From Candidatus Levyibacteriota bacterium (GTDB lineage Bacteria > Patescibacteriota > Microgenomatia > Levybacterales > UBA12049), in assembly GCA_016186645.1 (NCBI GenBank), contig JACPLF010000007.1, positions 9,151 to 73,150 on the forward strand: a stretch of 64,000 nt of DNA. Direction: 5' to 3'. The notes beneath the pieces were generated by a model. The model worked only from the letters and a program-made list of their open reading frames with translations, had not been told where the DNA came from and ran no database searches. Each line of letters starts with the position of its first letter. Position 1 is the stretch's first letter. Shown in pieces: positions 10,433-19,994 of the stretch. Made by a program: the position numbers and the translations under genes.

Positions 10433-10504
10433 TCGGGATGCAGGGAATTGAACCCTGGCTACCGCACCCCCAGCGCGGCGTACTACCGTTATACGACATC
10501 CCGA
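10433..10504 (-). tRNA. tRNA-Pro (anticodon GGG)
   Basis: Hand-folded cloverleaf on the minus strand: 7-bp acceptor, D-arm with GG, anticodon stem CCGCG/TGCGG with loop CU-GGG-GG (G37), T-arm CAGGG-TTCAATT-CCCTG. CCA not encoded. Confidence 0.8.
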
Positions 10505-10641
10505 AGTCTTCATATTATACAGCATTTCTTTTCCTAATCGTGTGCTTTATCTTCTATTTGCTCTCTACTCTTGGCGCTATATCATTGTTAAACGTAACTA
10601 TAAATTTTAATTTTGTTATGTTTGAGTGATATAATTACTTC

Positions 10642-11148
10642 ATGAGAGTAATTCTCTACATGGCAATTACGGGAAACGGATATATTGCCAAAGAAAATGA
10701 TGATACGAGTTGGATTTCAAAAGTTGAATGGGATAGTTACAGTTCTATAGTCAGAAAAGCTGGCAATTTAATAATTGGTCATCGCACATATGGCATTCTG
10801 ACTAAACAACCCGAATTTGTTGAGTTTAAAAAGATCAAAATTATAATTGTCTCCCACAAAAATTTTAAAACTTTAAATTCAAACCATATAATTGCAAAAA
10901 CGACTAAAGAAGCATTAAGATTATTAAAAGGTTTTGAAAACATCATAGTTGCCGGCGGAGGAACACTTAATACTTCCTTTATTGCAGGCAATCTCGTCGA
11001 TGAAATTTATTTAGATATTGAACCGATTGTTTTCGGCAAAGGCATTAGGCTTTTTGGGAAGGCGGATTTTGAAACAAAATTAAAATTATTGGATATTAAA
11101 AAGCTATCAGACAACGAAGTCCAATTGCATTATCAAGTCTTAAAGTAA
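10642..11148 (+). CDS. dihydrofolate reductase-like protein (RibD C-terminal domain family)
   Basis: ITGNGYIAKEND...IVAGGGTLNTSF...IEPIVFGKG pattern of the RibD_C/DHFR-like family. Confidence 0.6.
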   Translation: MRVILYMAITGNGYIAKENDDTSWISKVEWDSYSSIVRKAGNLIIGHRTYGILTKQPEFVEFKKIKIIIVSHKNFKTLNSNHIIAKTTKEALRLLKGFENIIVAGGGTLNTSFIAGNLVDEIYLDIEPIVFGKGIRLFGKADFETKLKLLDIKKLSDNEVQLHYQVLK

Positions 11149-11169
11149 TTCGTAAATAGTCAATCTTCA

Positions 11170-11370
11170 AAATTAGAATCCGCAAACCCTCTTGCGATTT
11201 GAACAAAGGGCGTTAAATTTCTGTGAGCAAACGAATCAGGGGGATTCCTCATCCCGCTCAGCGGGGTTGAGGAGGGGGTGCAAATCACCCGATGAGCGAG
11301 CGAACAGAAATAGCCCGACTTCATCCGCAAGGAGCTTTTGGTACTTTTGTCGGCACAAAAGTACAAGATA
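11170..11370. other. GC-rich structured intergenic region between convergent genes; candidate small ncRNA of unknown class
   Basis: About 200 nt with several perfect hairpins (CGCAA-ACCCTC-TTGCG, CCCGC-TCA-GCGGG, GGGTG-CAAAT-CACCC, GTACTTTTGT-CGGC-ACAAAAGTAC), GC-rich in an AT-rich genome. Both track ORFs here are implausible. Confidence 0.3.
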
Positions 11371-11375
11371 TCTAT

Positions 11376-12083
11376 TTAGTAGTTTACGAAGTAATTTATT
11401 TTTGCGTTTTTATTAAGACTGTCTAGCCATTCCTGAGATTTTCCTGCTAATTTTTGCTGTTTTAATTGCTCTCTTACGCTTTGCTTAATTTCTTCTTCTT
11501 TTAAATCCGTTGGCAATGTTTCTTTATTCTGATCAATATAATCGGCGACTTCTTTATCTGTAACTTTTATTTGATCCGCAAGAAGTTTTTCGACCAAGCC
11601 TCTAAGTTTTAGCTGCATCATAAAATCTTGTCTTGTCATTCCCTGCATTGCTAATGCCGTATCCAAATTTTGCCCTTGAGTTTTCAAACTATCTTCTATC
11701 TGCTTCGCAGATTTATCAATTTCTTCTTGAGAAACTTCTATGTTCTTTTTCTTTGCCTCTTGTAAAATAAGTGTTTGATTAACAAGTGATGATAAAGTTT
11801 GCTTTCCTCCTTGTTTTTCCAGCTCTGCGATCAAGGATAGCCTGAAAATAGGTTCGCCGTTTACCAGCGCAACTACAAACAGACCTTTGAAATAAAATAG
11901 AATTGCCCCTATAAGAATTACTACAAGAGGAATAAAAAATTTAGACTTTGATATTTTTTTGGGCCCCAGAGATTCAATCATGGTGAGCGTTTCCAAATTC
12001 TCTTTTTGTGGTATTATTGTTTTTACTCTTTTTACAGACGCCTTTCGATTCCTCTTTATTGCCATTTTGGCATTATAACACAA
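11376..12083 (-). CDS. SurA N-terminal-domain-like periplasmic chaperone (no PPIase domain)
   Basis: TM anchor then VALVNGEPIFRLSLIAELEKQ, typical of SurA_N/PpiD N-terminal chaperone domains. N-terminal ~35 aa may be overextension. Confidence 0.45.
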   Translation of the reverse strand: MCYNAKMAIKRNRKASVKRVKTIIPQKENLETLTMIESLGPKKISKSKFFIPLVVILIGAILFYFKGLFVVALVNGEPIFRLSLIAELEKQGGKQTLSSLVNQTLILQEAKKKNIEVSQEEIDKSAKQIEDSLKTQGQNLDTALAMQGMTRQDFMMQLKLRGLVEKLLADQIKVTDKEVADYIDQNKETLPTDLKEEEIKQSVREQLKQQKLAGKSQEWLDSLNKNAKINYFVNY

Positions 12084-12102
12084 ACATTGGTATAATTACA
12101 AA

Positions 12103-12795
12103 ATGAATTCACTAAACATACCAAACCACATTGCTATTATTCCTGATGGGAACAGAAGATGGGCAAAAGAACACAATCTTCCGACTCTTCAGGGTCACAA
12201 GAAAGGATTTGATGTGGCAGTAAAAATCGGAAGAAAAATCCGCTCCCTTGGCGTTCATACACTAACTATGTGGGCGTTCTCTACTGAGAACTGGAACAGG
12301 ACGAAAGAAGAAGTTTCATATCTTATGAAAATGTATGAAATATTTATTGAAAAAAATCTCAAAGAAGCAATGAGGGAAAAGATACGGATAATTCATCTGG
12401 GGAGAAAAGATCGGATTTCAAAAAAACTATTGTGGAAAATTCAAGATTCGGAAGAGAAAACAAAAAATTTCAAAAATTATATTCTGAATATTGCCCTAGA
12501 TTATGGCGGGCAGGATGAAGTAATTCGCGGAATCCAAAAATTATCCCAACAAGATATTAACAATTTAACAATTGAGCAATTTAACAATTTCCTAGACACT
12601 GCCGACCAACCTTATCCCAACCCTGATTTAATTATAAGAACTTCGGGCGAACAAAGAACCTCCGGACTTATGATTTGGCAGGCAGCATATAGCGAATATA
12701 TTTTTCTACAAAAACATTTTCCGGATATTAAAGACGAAGACATCGAATTAGCTATTGAGGAATACTCCAAAAGACAAAGGAGATTTGGAAAATAA
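12103..12795 (+). CDS. uppS: isoprenyl transferase (undecaprenyl-diphosphate synthase)
   Basis: HIAIIPDGNRRWA, LTMWAFSTENWNR, full cis-IPPS signature. Confidence 0.9.
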   Translation: MNSLNIPNHIAIIPDGNRRWAKEHNLPTLQGHKKGFDVAVKIGRKIRSLGVHTLTMWAFSTENWNRTKEEVSYLMKMYEIFIEKNLKEAMREKIRIIHLGRKDRISKKLLWKIQDSEEKTKNFKNYILNIALDYGGQDEVIRGIQKLSQQDINNLTIEQFNNFLDTADQPYPNPDLIIRTSGEQRTSGLMIWQAAYSEYIFLQKHFPDIKDEDIELAIEEYSKRQRRFGK

Positions 12796-12796
12796 T

Positions 12797-13774
12797 TTAA
12801 AATAAATGCTCCTCTATTAAACGTGCGCCTTTACTTGGATAATTAACAATTGTCTTTTGAACATCTGAAATTTCTTTTGTTTTTTTGACAACTTTTTCTA
12901 CGTCTTTTTTTTGACAAATAAGATGAATGTCTTGTCCTGTATTAACAGTAAAATAAACCGGCAAACCATCAGCCCTCCATCTTTTAACAGCATGCATGAC
13001 TTTCAAGGTTCCTGGCAGCCAATAAATAAGTGAAGGAGTAGATGTCATCATAATTGCATGAAGTTCCAACGCCTCTCCTTCTACTAATTCTCCGAATTTA
13101 GGGAAATTTTTATGATCCATATATTTTTTTATTAAATTTATTTTCCCTTTTATTCTTGCCAAACGGACTGGGAAAAATGGACTGGAGCTTGCTAATTTTT
13201 GTCCTTCGGTTGTCGAAACTTCTTTCTTATTTTTACTAACAACCGCCACCACATCAACAATGTCCCAATAATTTTCATTATGCAATGAAACGCCATATGA
13301 TGTCCCGCTGGTGTTCCCATCCAGCCATTCAACAAATCCATCCGGAATAGAACGGCAGGCAGAGCCTGAACCCTGCCTTCCGAGAATTGATAATTCTTTT
13401 TCTGATAAATTTAGATCCGCAGCTGAAGCAGTGGCAACAGTTAATGCGGCAAATCCGGAGGCAGATGAAGAAAGACCGGTACCTATTGGAAAATTATTTT
13501 TTGTAACAACTTTTGCTTTATAATTTATTTTTGCTAATTTTCTAATTCTATCCAAATGTTTAATTGCTCTGCTTCCCGAATTTTCTTCTTTTTGATTATT
13601 AATAATTATCTCGTCTTCTTTAAAATTTTTATTGAACTCAACAGTAGTTATTGTCAAAAGGTTGCTAAGATTCATTGAGATACTACCATTTTCAGGAAGC
13701 CTGAGCCTTTCGTCTTTTCTTCCCCAATATTTTATAAACGCTATGTTGGATGGAGCCACTGCAGTTTTCTTCAT
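12797..13774 (-). CDS. mvaD: diphosphomevalonate decarboxylase
   Basis: PSNIAFIKYWGRKD and GTGLSSSASGFAAL GHMP motifs, MVD-specific N-terminus. Confidence 0.85.
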   Translation of the reverse strand: MKKTAVAPSNIAFIKYWGRKDERLRLPENGSISMNLSNLLTITTVEFNKNFKEDEIIINNQKEENSGSRAIKHLDRIRKLAKINYKAKVVTKNNFPIGTGLSSSASGFAALTVATASAADLNLSEKELSILGRQGSGSACRSIPDGFVEWLDGNTSGTSYGVSLHNENYWDIVDVVAVVSKNKKEVSTTEGQKLASSSPFFPVRLARIKGKINLIKKYMDHKNFPKFGELVEGEALELHAIMMTSTPSLIYWLPGTLKVMHAVKRWRADGLPVYFTVNTGQDIHLICQKKDVEKVVKKTKEISDVQKTIVNYPSKGARLIEEHLF

Positions 13775-14781
13775 TATTCAATTCTAACACCTTCTGCGTT
13801 AGTTTTAATATCAATAATTTTTCCTCCGGCTTTTTCAACAGCTTTTTTAATATTAAGTTTACTCGCAGCGGAGTAAAGAGCAATCATGCAATCCCCTCTG
13901 CCAGCTCCAGTTAGTTTTGCCCCATAAGCACCAACATTAAGCGCTCCTTTAATCATTAGGTCTAATTTTCCTATACTAACCCCTAATTCCTTAAGATATT
14001 CCTGATTTTTATTCATTATTTCTCCAAATTTCTTCCAATCTTTTTTCAAAAGCGCGCCCTTTGCCTCATTAACCAAAATTTCAATACCATTATAAATTTC
14101 CGAAAGTCTATTCTGTCTATTGGCAAAAGATTCTTTTACTTTATTTATAAGAGTTACCGTATCCGCTTTTATACCGCTATAACCAACAACAAGGGACAAT
14201 GATTTAATGTTTAAAGATTGAATTACTTTTCCTCCTGTTACGAAATAAAGTGTTCCGCCAAAAATTCCCGCCGCAACATCAAAGCCTGATCCTTTACCCT
14301 GAATATCCAAAACAGTTTTGTATGCCAAATCAAAAATTTCTTTTTGAGATAAATTAAGATCTAACAATTCCGAAACTGCTTTTACTGTGCAAACAGTTGA
14401 TGCGGATGAAGATCCAAAACCAAATTGAGAAGAAAATTCTGATTTTGTTGTTACTTTTATTCCTTTTTTTCCTGTCATCCCGAATGCCCCTCGGGGTATC
14501 TTCGACTTGTTTCGGGATCTACCTAATAAATTTGCTACCGCCACTTCCACAAATTTAGCCCCCTTAGGAATATCTCCCTTTCCAACTTCGCTCATTGGTT
14601 TTTTATAATCAGCTATTTGCACATCTGGCGCTTGGAGTTCAAAAAACGGTTCGTTTATAAGTTCCACAGTTGCCCGCATTCTTTGATCAACTGCAGTTAC
14701 CAAACACGGATGATTATAAACAACCGCATGTTCTCCCAAAAGCAACAATTTTCCGGGTGCAGAAACAGTAATTTTATTCAT
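13774..14781 (-). CDS. GHMP kinase, probable phosphomevalonate kinase (carries an in-frame palindromic insertion)
   Basis: APGKLLLLGEHAVVY N-terminus and GFGSSSAS motif II. Assignment versus mevalonate kinase relies on being the second GHMP kinase in the operon. Confidence 0.55.
   Translation of the reverse strand: MNKITVSAPGKLLLLGEHAVVYNHPCLVTAVDQRMRATVELINEPFFELQAPDVQIADYKKPMSEVGKGDIPKGAKFVEVAVANLLGRSRNKSKIPRGAFGMTGKKGIKVTTKSEFSSQFGFGSSSASTVCTVKAVSELLDLNLSQKEIFDLAYKTVLDIQGKGSGFDVAAGIFGGTLYFVTGGKVIQSLNIKSLSLVVGYSGIKADTVTLINKVKESFANRQNRLSEIYNGIEILVNEAKGALLKKDWKKFGEIMNKNQEYLKELGVSIGKLDLMIKGALNVGAYGAKLTGAGRGDCMIALYSAASKLNIKKAVEKAGGKIIDIKTNAEGVRIE
14473..14518. repeat. GC-rich palindromic element embedded in-frame in the GHMP kinase gene
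   Basis: TGTCATCCCGAA-TGCCCCTCGGGGTATCTTCGACTTG-TTTCGGGAT: inverted termini plus CCCCTCGGGG core. Local GC spike inside AT-rich coding DNA. Confidence 0.5.
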
Positions 14782-15724
14782 TTTCCTCCCTTAATCCTTC
14801 CTCTCCGGTTCGTATCGTCAGTAACTCCAAACTATTTTGTTTTGCATAATTTAATAACTTTTTAATATCTTTATGATATGCAAGAAGCATCCCCGACCCT
14901 AATTTAATACCTCCGCCTCCAGTTATTTTCGCAGCTCCTCCTAATTCCTCTATTTCTCTAATTAAAACCTGTGCTTTTTTCCCTACAACACCTAATTTCT
15001 CCAGATTTTGCTCTCCTAATTTAATACAATCAATAAGAGCGTCTTCATCCCCATCTTTCAATGCAATAACCATCTGTTTTGTTAATTCTTCTTGAAAATT
15101 AAATAATTCTTGCGCCTTTTTTGGAAACTTTTTCTTAAGCTTTGCTACTTTTTCAATCATTTCCTTAGTTGATTCCTCTGGTTTTCCAGAATTTATCAAA
15201 ATAAATTGATTAATATTTTTATGCAGCTTAAAAGGAAGAGAGGAAAATGTTTTGAAAAATTCGAAGTCCTTACGAAACCATAAAAATCCTCCTTCAATAG
15301 CTGTCGCCAAATCTCCTCCAGATGGATTTCCATGAAAAAATTTTTCCCCCTCATAGGCAATATCAAAAATAGTTTTTTTATCCCAAGGTATTTTTAAAAA
15401 AGCTAACAAAGCAGCAGTAAAACCAGCAGAAAGCGCAGAGGAAGACCCAAGTCCAGACCCTACGGGAACTTGCGAGTTTATTTTAATTGAATAGGGTTCT
15501 ATTTTTTTAAGCTTTGTCAGTTTTTTAATTTCTTTTTCTAATATTTTTAGGAGCTGTTTTATTTCCTTTTCATATGATTGAACTCCTAGAATTTGCTTAT
15601 TCTTTGAATAGTTAATTGTTACCGATAGTCTCTTATTAATAGCAGCAAGAAGTGCTGGCTTACCATATACGACTGAGTGTTCTCCGAGCAGATGGACTTT
15701 CGAAGGAACGGAAACTGTGATCAT
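14774..15724 (-). CDS. mvk: mevalonate kinase
   Basis: VPSKVHLLGEHSVVYG, GSGLGSSSALSAG GHMP motifs. Confidence 0.6.
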   Translation of the reverse strand: MITVSVPSKVHLLGEHSVVYGKPALLAAINKRLSVTINYSKNKQILGVQSYEKEIKQLLKILEKEIKKLTKLKKIEPYSIKINSQVPVGSGLGSSSALSAGFTAALLAFLKIPWDKKTIFDIAYEGEKFFHGNPSGGDLATAIEGGFLWFRKDFEFFKTFSSLPFKLHKNINQFILINSGKPEESTKEMIEKVAKLKKKFPKKAQELFNFQEELTKQMVIALKDGDEDALIDCIKLGEQNLEKLGVVGKKAQVLIREIEELGGAAKITGGGGIKLGSGMLLAYHKDIKKLLNYAKQNSLELLTIRTGEEGLREENE

Positions 15725-16023
15725 AGAGGTTTAAATTTGATGTTGTAATAAATAACATCTTCCTTTTCTTCCGTTCGCAATCTTCGCAAAACCGATACAA
15801 CTTCTTTCCCGATTACCAAATCTTTTTCCTGCCAATCAACAAGTTGTCCGATCGTGTGCTCTCCATTCTGCATTTTGACAATTATAACAGGATACGGTGC
15901 TTGATCCATAAAAGATTTTGCGGGAACCCTAATAAGAGTCCACTGCAAAATTTTCCCTTTTTTCCCAATAAGGGCTGATGTATTTTTCTGTCTTCTCCAA
16001 AGTTTTACAGGCGATGTTACCAT
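15721..16023 (-). CDS. DUF35-like OB-fold protein (partner of archaeal-type thiolase/HMG-CoA synthase complex)
   Basis: About 100 aa, directly downstream of thiolase and HMGCS as in archaeal operons. OB-fold-like C-terminal portion, lacks the Zn-ribbon cysteines. Confidence 0.45.
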   Translation of the reverse strand: MVTSPVKLWRRQKNTSALIGKKGKILQWTLIRVPAKSFMDQAPYPVIIVKMQNGEHTIGQLVDWQEKDLVIGKEVVSVLRRLRTEEKEDVIYYNIKFKPL

Positions 16024-16028
16024 ATAAG

Positions 16029-16054
16029 TGTCATCCTGAATTTATTTCAGGATC
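16029..16054. repeat. short palindromic repeat TGTCATCCTGAA-TTTA-TTCAGGAT
   Basis: Perfect 8-bp hairpin. Same motif with a compensatory C/G change at 23529. Confidence 0.6.
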
Positions 16055-17195
16055 TCAAAATATGAATTACCGCGATAGCTCCTGACCCTCCAACATTATG
16101 AGTCAATCCTATTCTTGCTCTTTTAACTTGTCTTTTTTGAGCCGTTCCTCGCAATTGTTCTGTGATTTCAACTATTTGCTTAATGCCAGTTGCCCCAACC
16201 GGGTGGCCGCAGGATTTAAGTCCGCCTGATGGATTGCAAATAATATCTCCTTTAAAAAGAGTTCTTTTTCCCTTCGCGATGTCCCTTGCTCCCTCCCCCT
16301 TTTTTGAAAATCCCAAATCTTCTGTTGCAATTGCTTCTGAAATAGAAAAACAGTCATGAATTTCTGCAACATCAATATCAGATGGTTTTATTCCCGCTTT
16401 TTTATAAGCCTTTGTCGATGCATCAATAACTGCCGCTAAACTCGTAAACGATTTTCTATCGTGCAAACTAAGAGTATCTGTTCCAACCTCACTTGCAATA
16501 ATATGTATTGGTTTCTTTACTTTTTTAGCGACATTTCCGCTGGTAATAACAACTGCTGCTGCGCCATCGGAAATTGGAGAACAATCCAAAAGCTTTAGGG
16601 GATCTGCAATTTTTGAACTTCTCATAACATCCCCAACTGTTACCAGAAATTGAAATTGCGCTTTGGAATTAAGCGTTCCATGATAATGATTTTTGACTGA
16701 AACAGCTGCCAGATCTTCCTCTGTCGCTTTATATTTTTGCATGTAAGCTTGCGCCATAAGAGCATAAACCCCGGGAAAAGTTGCTCCTGCCATACGCTCC
16801 TCATCCGACCCCGCAGCCATAAGAGCAGTTGTAATTTCATCTTGACTATGATCCGTCATTTTTTCAATGCCTAAAACCAGAACTGTTTTATATTGTCCTG
16901 CCTTAAGACTATTAATGGCATTATGAAGAGCTAACCCCCCTGAAGCACAAGCGCCTTCAATTTTAAATGCAGGAATTTGAACGCCTAGCTCTTCAACAAG
17001 CAATGATCCCAAATTTGCCTGATTTCCCAATATTCCGGACAACATATTCCCAACAAACAAAGCATCTATCTGGGTTGCTTTCAATCCCGATGCTTTCAAA
17101 GCATTCTCCATCGCTTCTTTTGCCAGTGTACGAGGGGATACGTTCCATAATTCCCCAAACTTTGTTGAATAGGCTCCTAAAATTTGCATCTTCAT
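16047..17195 (-). CDS. acetyl-CoA C-acetyltransferase (archaeal-type thiolase)
   Basis: Thiolase active-site Cys (GACASGGLALH) and C-terminal GHPVGATG. Confidence 0.85.
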   Translation of the reverse strand: MKMQILGAYSTKFGELWNVSPRTLAKEAMENALKASGLKATQIDALFVGNMLSGILGNQANLGSLLVEELGVQIPAFKIEGACASGGLALHNAINSLKAGQYKTVLVLGIEKMTDHSQDEITTALMAAGSDEERMAGATFPGVYALMAQAYMQKYKATEEDLAAVSVKNHYHGTLNSKAQFQFLVTVGDVMRSSKIADPLKLLDCSPISDGAAAVVITSGNVAKKVKKPIHIIASEVGTDTLSLHDRKSFTSLAAVIDASTKAYKKAGIKPSDIDVAEIHDCFSISEAIATEDLGFSKKGEGARDIAKGKRTLFKGDIICNPSGGLKSCGHPVGATGIKQIVEITEQLRGTAQKRQVKRARIGLTHNVGGSGAIAVIHILRS

Positions 17196-18229
17196 ATTGC
17201 GTGTGTTTGCCTTAGATAAGTCGCATAAGAAATATATATCTTGTCTTCCATTTGCTTCAAAACAGGAACTGTCCTTTTTTGTTTTTTCAGAATTTCTTTT
17301 GTGACTTCAAAAATAAACCCATCTGAACCGGCACCCGATCCATAAGAAACAAAAAATATTTTTTGTTTTGGTTTTGCAATATCCAAAACACTGGCAAGTC
17401 CCATCAAGGAAGACGCGGAATATGGATTGCCAATCTTATCAACCGTTAGCGATGGAGCTAACTGCTCAGGAGTGAACCCGAGTTTTCTGGCTGCTACTCT
17501 TGGAAACTTTCCATTTGGCATATGAAATACGCAATAAGAAAAATCCGAGGAAGTAAGTTTGCTTTTGGAAAGTAAGTTTTTACCTTCTTCAATTACGTGA
17601 GTAAAATAAGCCGGTTCTCCAGTAAATCTTCCAAAGTGAGATGGATATTTTGCTCCCTCTCTTCTCCAAAAATCCGGAGTATCTGAGGAAAATGATGACA
17701 TAGAAAGAATATTAGCAATAATTTCAGATTGCTTATTGCCCAAAATATATGCGCATGCGGCACTCGCAGCCGTATATTCCAATGCATCATGAGGCTTCCC
17801 TTGAGCAGTATCGCTTCCTACGACTAATCCATATTCTATATTTCGGCTTTCCAATAATCCTGCTGTAACTTGCATGCCTGCAGTTGCAGCTTTACAAGCA
17901 AACTCCAAATCAGCTGCAAAATAATTATTTCCAACACCTAAATATTCCCCCAGAGTTGTCGAGGATGGCTTAACTGCATAGGGATGACTTTCTGAACCAA
18001 AATATACCGACTCAAGAAGAGATGAGTTAATCCCTGCCATATGAATAGCTTTTTTGGCGGCTTCTATTCCCATTGTTACAGCATCTTCATCAAACCCAGG
18101 CACAGCTTTTTCTATAATACGAAGTCCTCCTTCTATCTCACCCGCATCTTTTCCCCACATTTGAGCGATTTCAGAAAGTTTGAGTCGATATTTTGGAATA
18201 TAAGTTCCGTATCCAACAATCCCTATCAT
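17192..18229 (-). CDS. hydroxymethylglutaryl-CoA synthase (archaeal type)
   Basis: MIGIVGYGTYIPKYRL N-terminus, FHMPNGKF, archaeal HMGCS length. Confidence 0.85.
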   Translation of the reverse strand: MIGIVGYGTYIPKYRLKLSEIAQMWGKDAGEIEGGLRIIEKAVPGFDEDAVTMGIEAAKKAIHMAGINSSLLESVYFGSESHPYAVKPSSTTLGEYLGVGNNYFAADLEFACKAATAGMQVTAGLLESRNIEYGLVVGSDTAQGKPHDALEYTAASAACAYILGNKQSEIIANILSMSSFSSDTPDFWRREGAKYPSHFGRFTGEPAYFTHVIEEGKNLLSKSKLTSSDFSYCVFHMPNGKFPRVAARKLGFTPEQLAPSLTVDKIGNPYSASSLMGLASVLDIAKPKQKIFFVSYGSGAGSDGFIFEVTKEILKKQKRTVPVLKQMEDKIYISYATYLRQTHAI

Positions 18230-19377
18230 AGATTCTCTCCTCTGCCAAATTTTTTGTGAGCTTTTACTAAAGAGTTCTCTGCCAAAGAAGATAATAGTGA
18301 GATTTCTCCTGCTAAAACGGATCCAGCGACAACTTCTGCCAGTTCTAAAACTGATCTTTTTTTGTCAAGTTTTAATAGATTAATCGCTTCTTTCTGGGTA
18401 GAAAGTCCTGTTCCGCCACCTATTATGCCAAGCATTAAAGAAGGCAGATAAACAGACGTGTACAAACTCTTATCAGGCATTACTTTCATTGTCGTGATGC
18501 CAAGGCTTCCTTCAACAACGTGGGCCGGGTCTTGCCCTGTTGCGATATAAAAAGCGGCAATGACATTTGCAAAATGAGCGTTAAATCCTAAAGAGCCGGA
18601 CATTGCCGAACCAATCATGCATTTCGCTAACCAAACATCAAACAATTTCTCAGAATCTATTTTTAAAATCTCCTTTAAAATTTTCTCAGAAAGCACAACT
18701 TCTGCCCAAGCTTTAATGCCTCTATGATTAATGAAATTCATCCACGAAGCCTTTTTATCAACATCATAATTTCCTGCAAGGGACAAAGATTTTATTCCTG
18801 TTTCTTTCTCTATAAGTTCTGTTATCGCTTGAGCAGCAATTGTAGCCATATTCATCCCCATTGCATCCCCGGTATCAAACGAGAAGCGTATAAAAGCATA
18901 ATTTCCAAGCCCTGCAAATTTTAGTTTTTTAAATTTCAAATGTTTTGATGTTTTTTCTGCTATTTTTTTTATTTTATCTTCGTTTACTTTAACCCATTTA
19001 TAAAGTTTTCTTTCATTTTTAAGATTTCCCGTATAAAAAACAGGTCCCCTTGTCGCTCCTACTCTATAGGAATATACGTTTGCACCGTTGGACTCACAAA
19101 TTGCTTTACAGCCTCTGTTAACCGACGCTACCAATGCTCCTTCTGTGGTAGCAAGGGGAATATAATAATTGCGGACAGGTAATTCTCCGCTTTTCAATTT
19201 TAAAGGACCTGCCACGCCCAAAGGAATCTGAACCGCACCAATCATATTTTCGCAATTTTTTGTCGAGGCTAATTTGGCATCAAAAGAATAGTTTCCTATG
19301 TGAGAAAGTTTAACTCGTAACTCTTTTTCTAATGCCTTGCGTCTTAAATCAACATTTGAATAGCCACGAAAATCCAT
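18226..19377 (-). CDS. hmgA: hydroxymethylglutaryl-CoA reductase (class I)
   Basis: DAMGMNM, TTEGALVAS, GTGL motifs. Confidence 0.9.
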   Translation of the reverse strand: MDFRGYSNVDLRRKALEKELRVKLSHIGNYSFDAKLASTKNCENMIGAVQIPLGVAGPLKLKSGELPVRNYYIPLATTEGALVASVNRGCKAICESNGANVYSYRVGATRGPVFYTGNLKNERKLYKWVKVNEDKIKKIAEKTSKHLKFKKLKFAGLGNYAFIRFSFDTGDAMGMNMATIAAQAITELIEKETGIKSLSLAGNYDVDKKASWMNFINHRGIKAWAEVVLSEKILKEILKIDSEKLFDVWLAKCMIGSAMSGSLGFNAHFANVIAAFYIATGQDPAHVVEGSLGITTMKVMPDKSLYTSVYLPSLMLGIIGGGTGLSTQKEAINLLKLDKKRSVLELAEVVAGSVLAGEISLLSSLAENSLVKAHKKFGRGENL

Positions 19378-19430
19378 AGCATCCTACAATACCTGTACTA
19401 TTAGGTCGTAAGTTTTAGAATAATCATTCG

Positions 19431-19994
19431 ATGGAAAAATTTGGTATAATTATCCTTATGTCAATCTCTTTTATAAAGCGGATCATAGCTGGCGATAGTA
19501 AGGCCGTAGTTGAATTCTATATGTTCTATTCGCCAAAGATTTTATCATATCTTTCCAAAAAACTTCCCCGAGCTGAGGATGCTCAAGAGTTAACGAATGA
19601 TGTTTTTCTGGAAGCAATTGATTCTCTCTCATTGCTCAAAAAAGAACAAAGTACAATGTCCTGGCTCTATCGAATTGCTCATAATAAAATGGTTGACTTT
19701 TATCGCAAGAGCAAAATTAAATCCATACTTCTGTCTCAAATGCCATTTCTGCAAATTATTGCAAGTGAAATTAACCAGCCGGAGTTTCAGTTTGAAAAAA
19801 ATAAGATCAGAGATAGAATTGAATCGACTCTCCACAGTATCTCTCAAAAATATCGAAATATATTAATACTCCATTACGAAGAAGAAATTCCAGTAAAAGA
19901 ACTAGCAAAAATTTTTAATTTATCTTTTAAAGCAACTGAGTCTCTTCTTTTTAGAGCCCGCCAAAGCTTTAAACTTGCATATGAACGAGCGTGA
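19431..19994 (+). CDS. ECF-type RNA polymerase sigma-70 factor
   Basis: Region 2 (YRIAHNKMVDFYR) and region 4 HTH (ILILHYEEEIPVKELAKIFNLSFKATESLLFRAR). Confidence 0.7.
   Translation: MEKFGIIILMSISFIKRIIAGDSKAVVEFYMFYSPKILSYLSKKLPRAEDAQELTNDVFLEAIDSLSLLKKEQSTMSWLYRIAHNKMVDFYRKSKIKSILLSQMPFLQIIASEINQPEFQFEKNKIRDRIESTLHSISQKYRNILILHYEEEIPVKELAKIFNLSFKATESLLFRARQSFKLAYERA

Noticed and set aside
10363-10629. ORF 10363-10629 (+)
   Set aside because: Overlaps the tRNA-Pro gene and the recA upstream region. No RBS or motif.
11160-11416. Track ORFs 11160-11366 (-) and 11192-11416 (+) inside the GC-rich intergenic region
   Set aside because: Arg/Ser/Gly-rich translations typical of GC-rich non-coding DNA. 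Mutually overlapping. Region better explained as structured RNA or repeat.
19597-19866. ORFs 19597-19866 (+) and 19629-19847 (-) inside the sigma-factor gene
   Set aside because: Alternative-frame and antisense ORFs within a well-supported sigma-70 family CDS.
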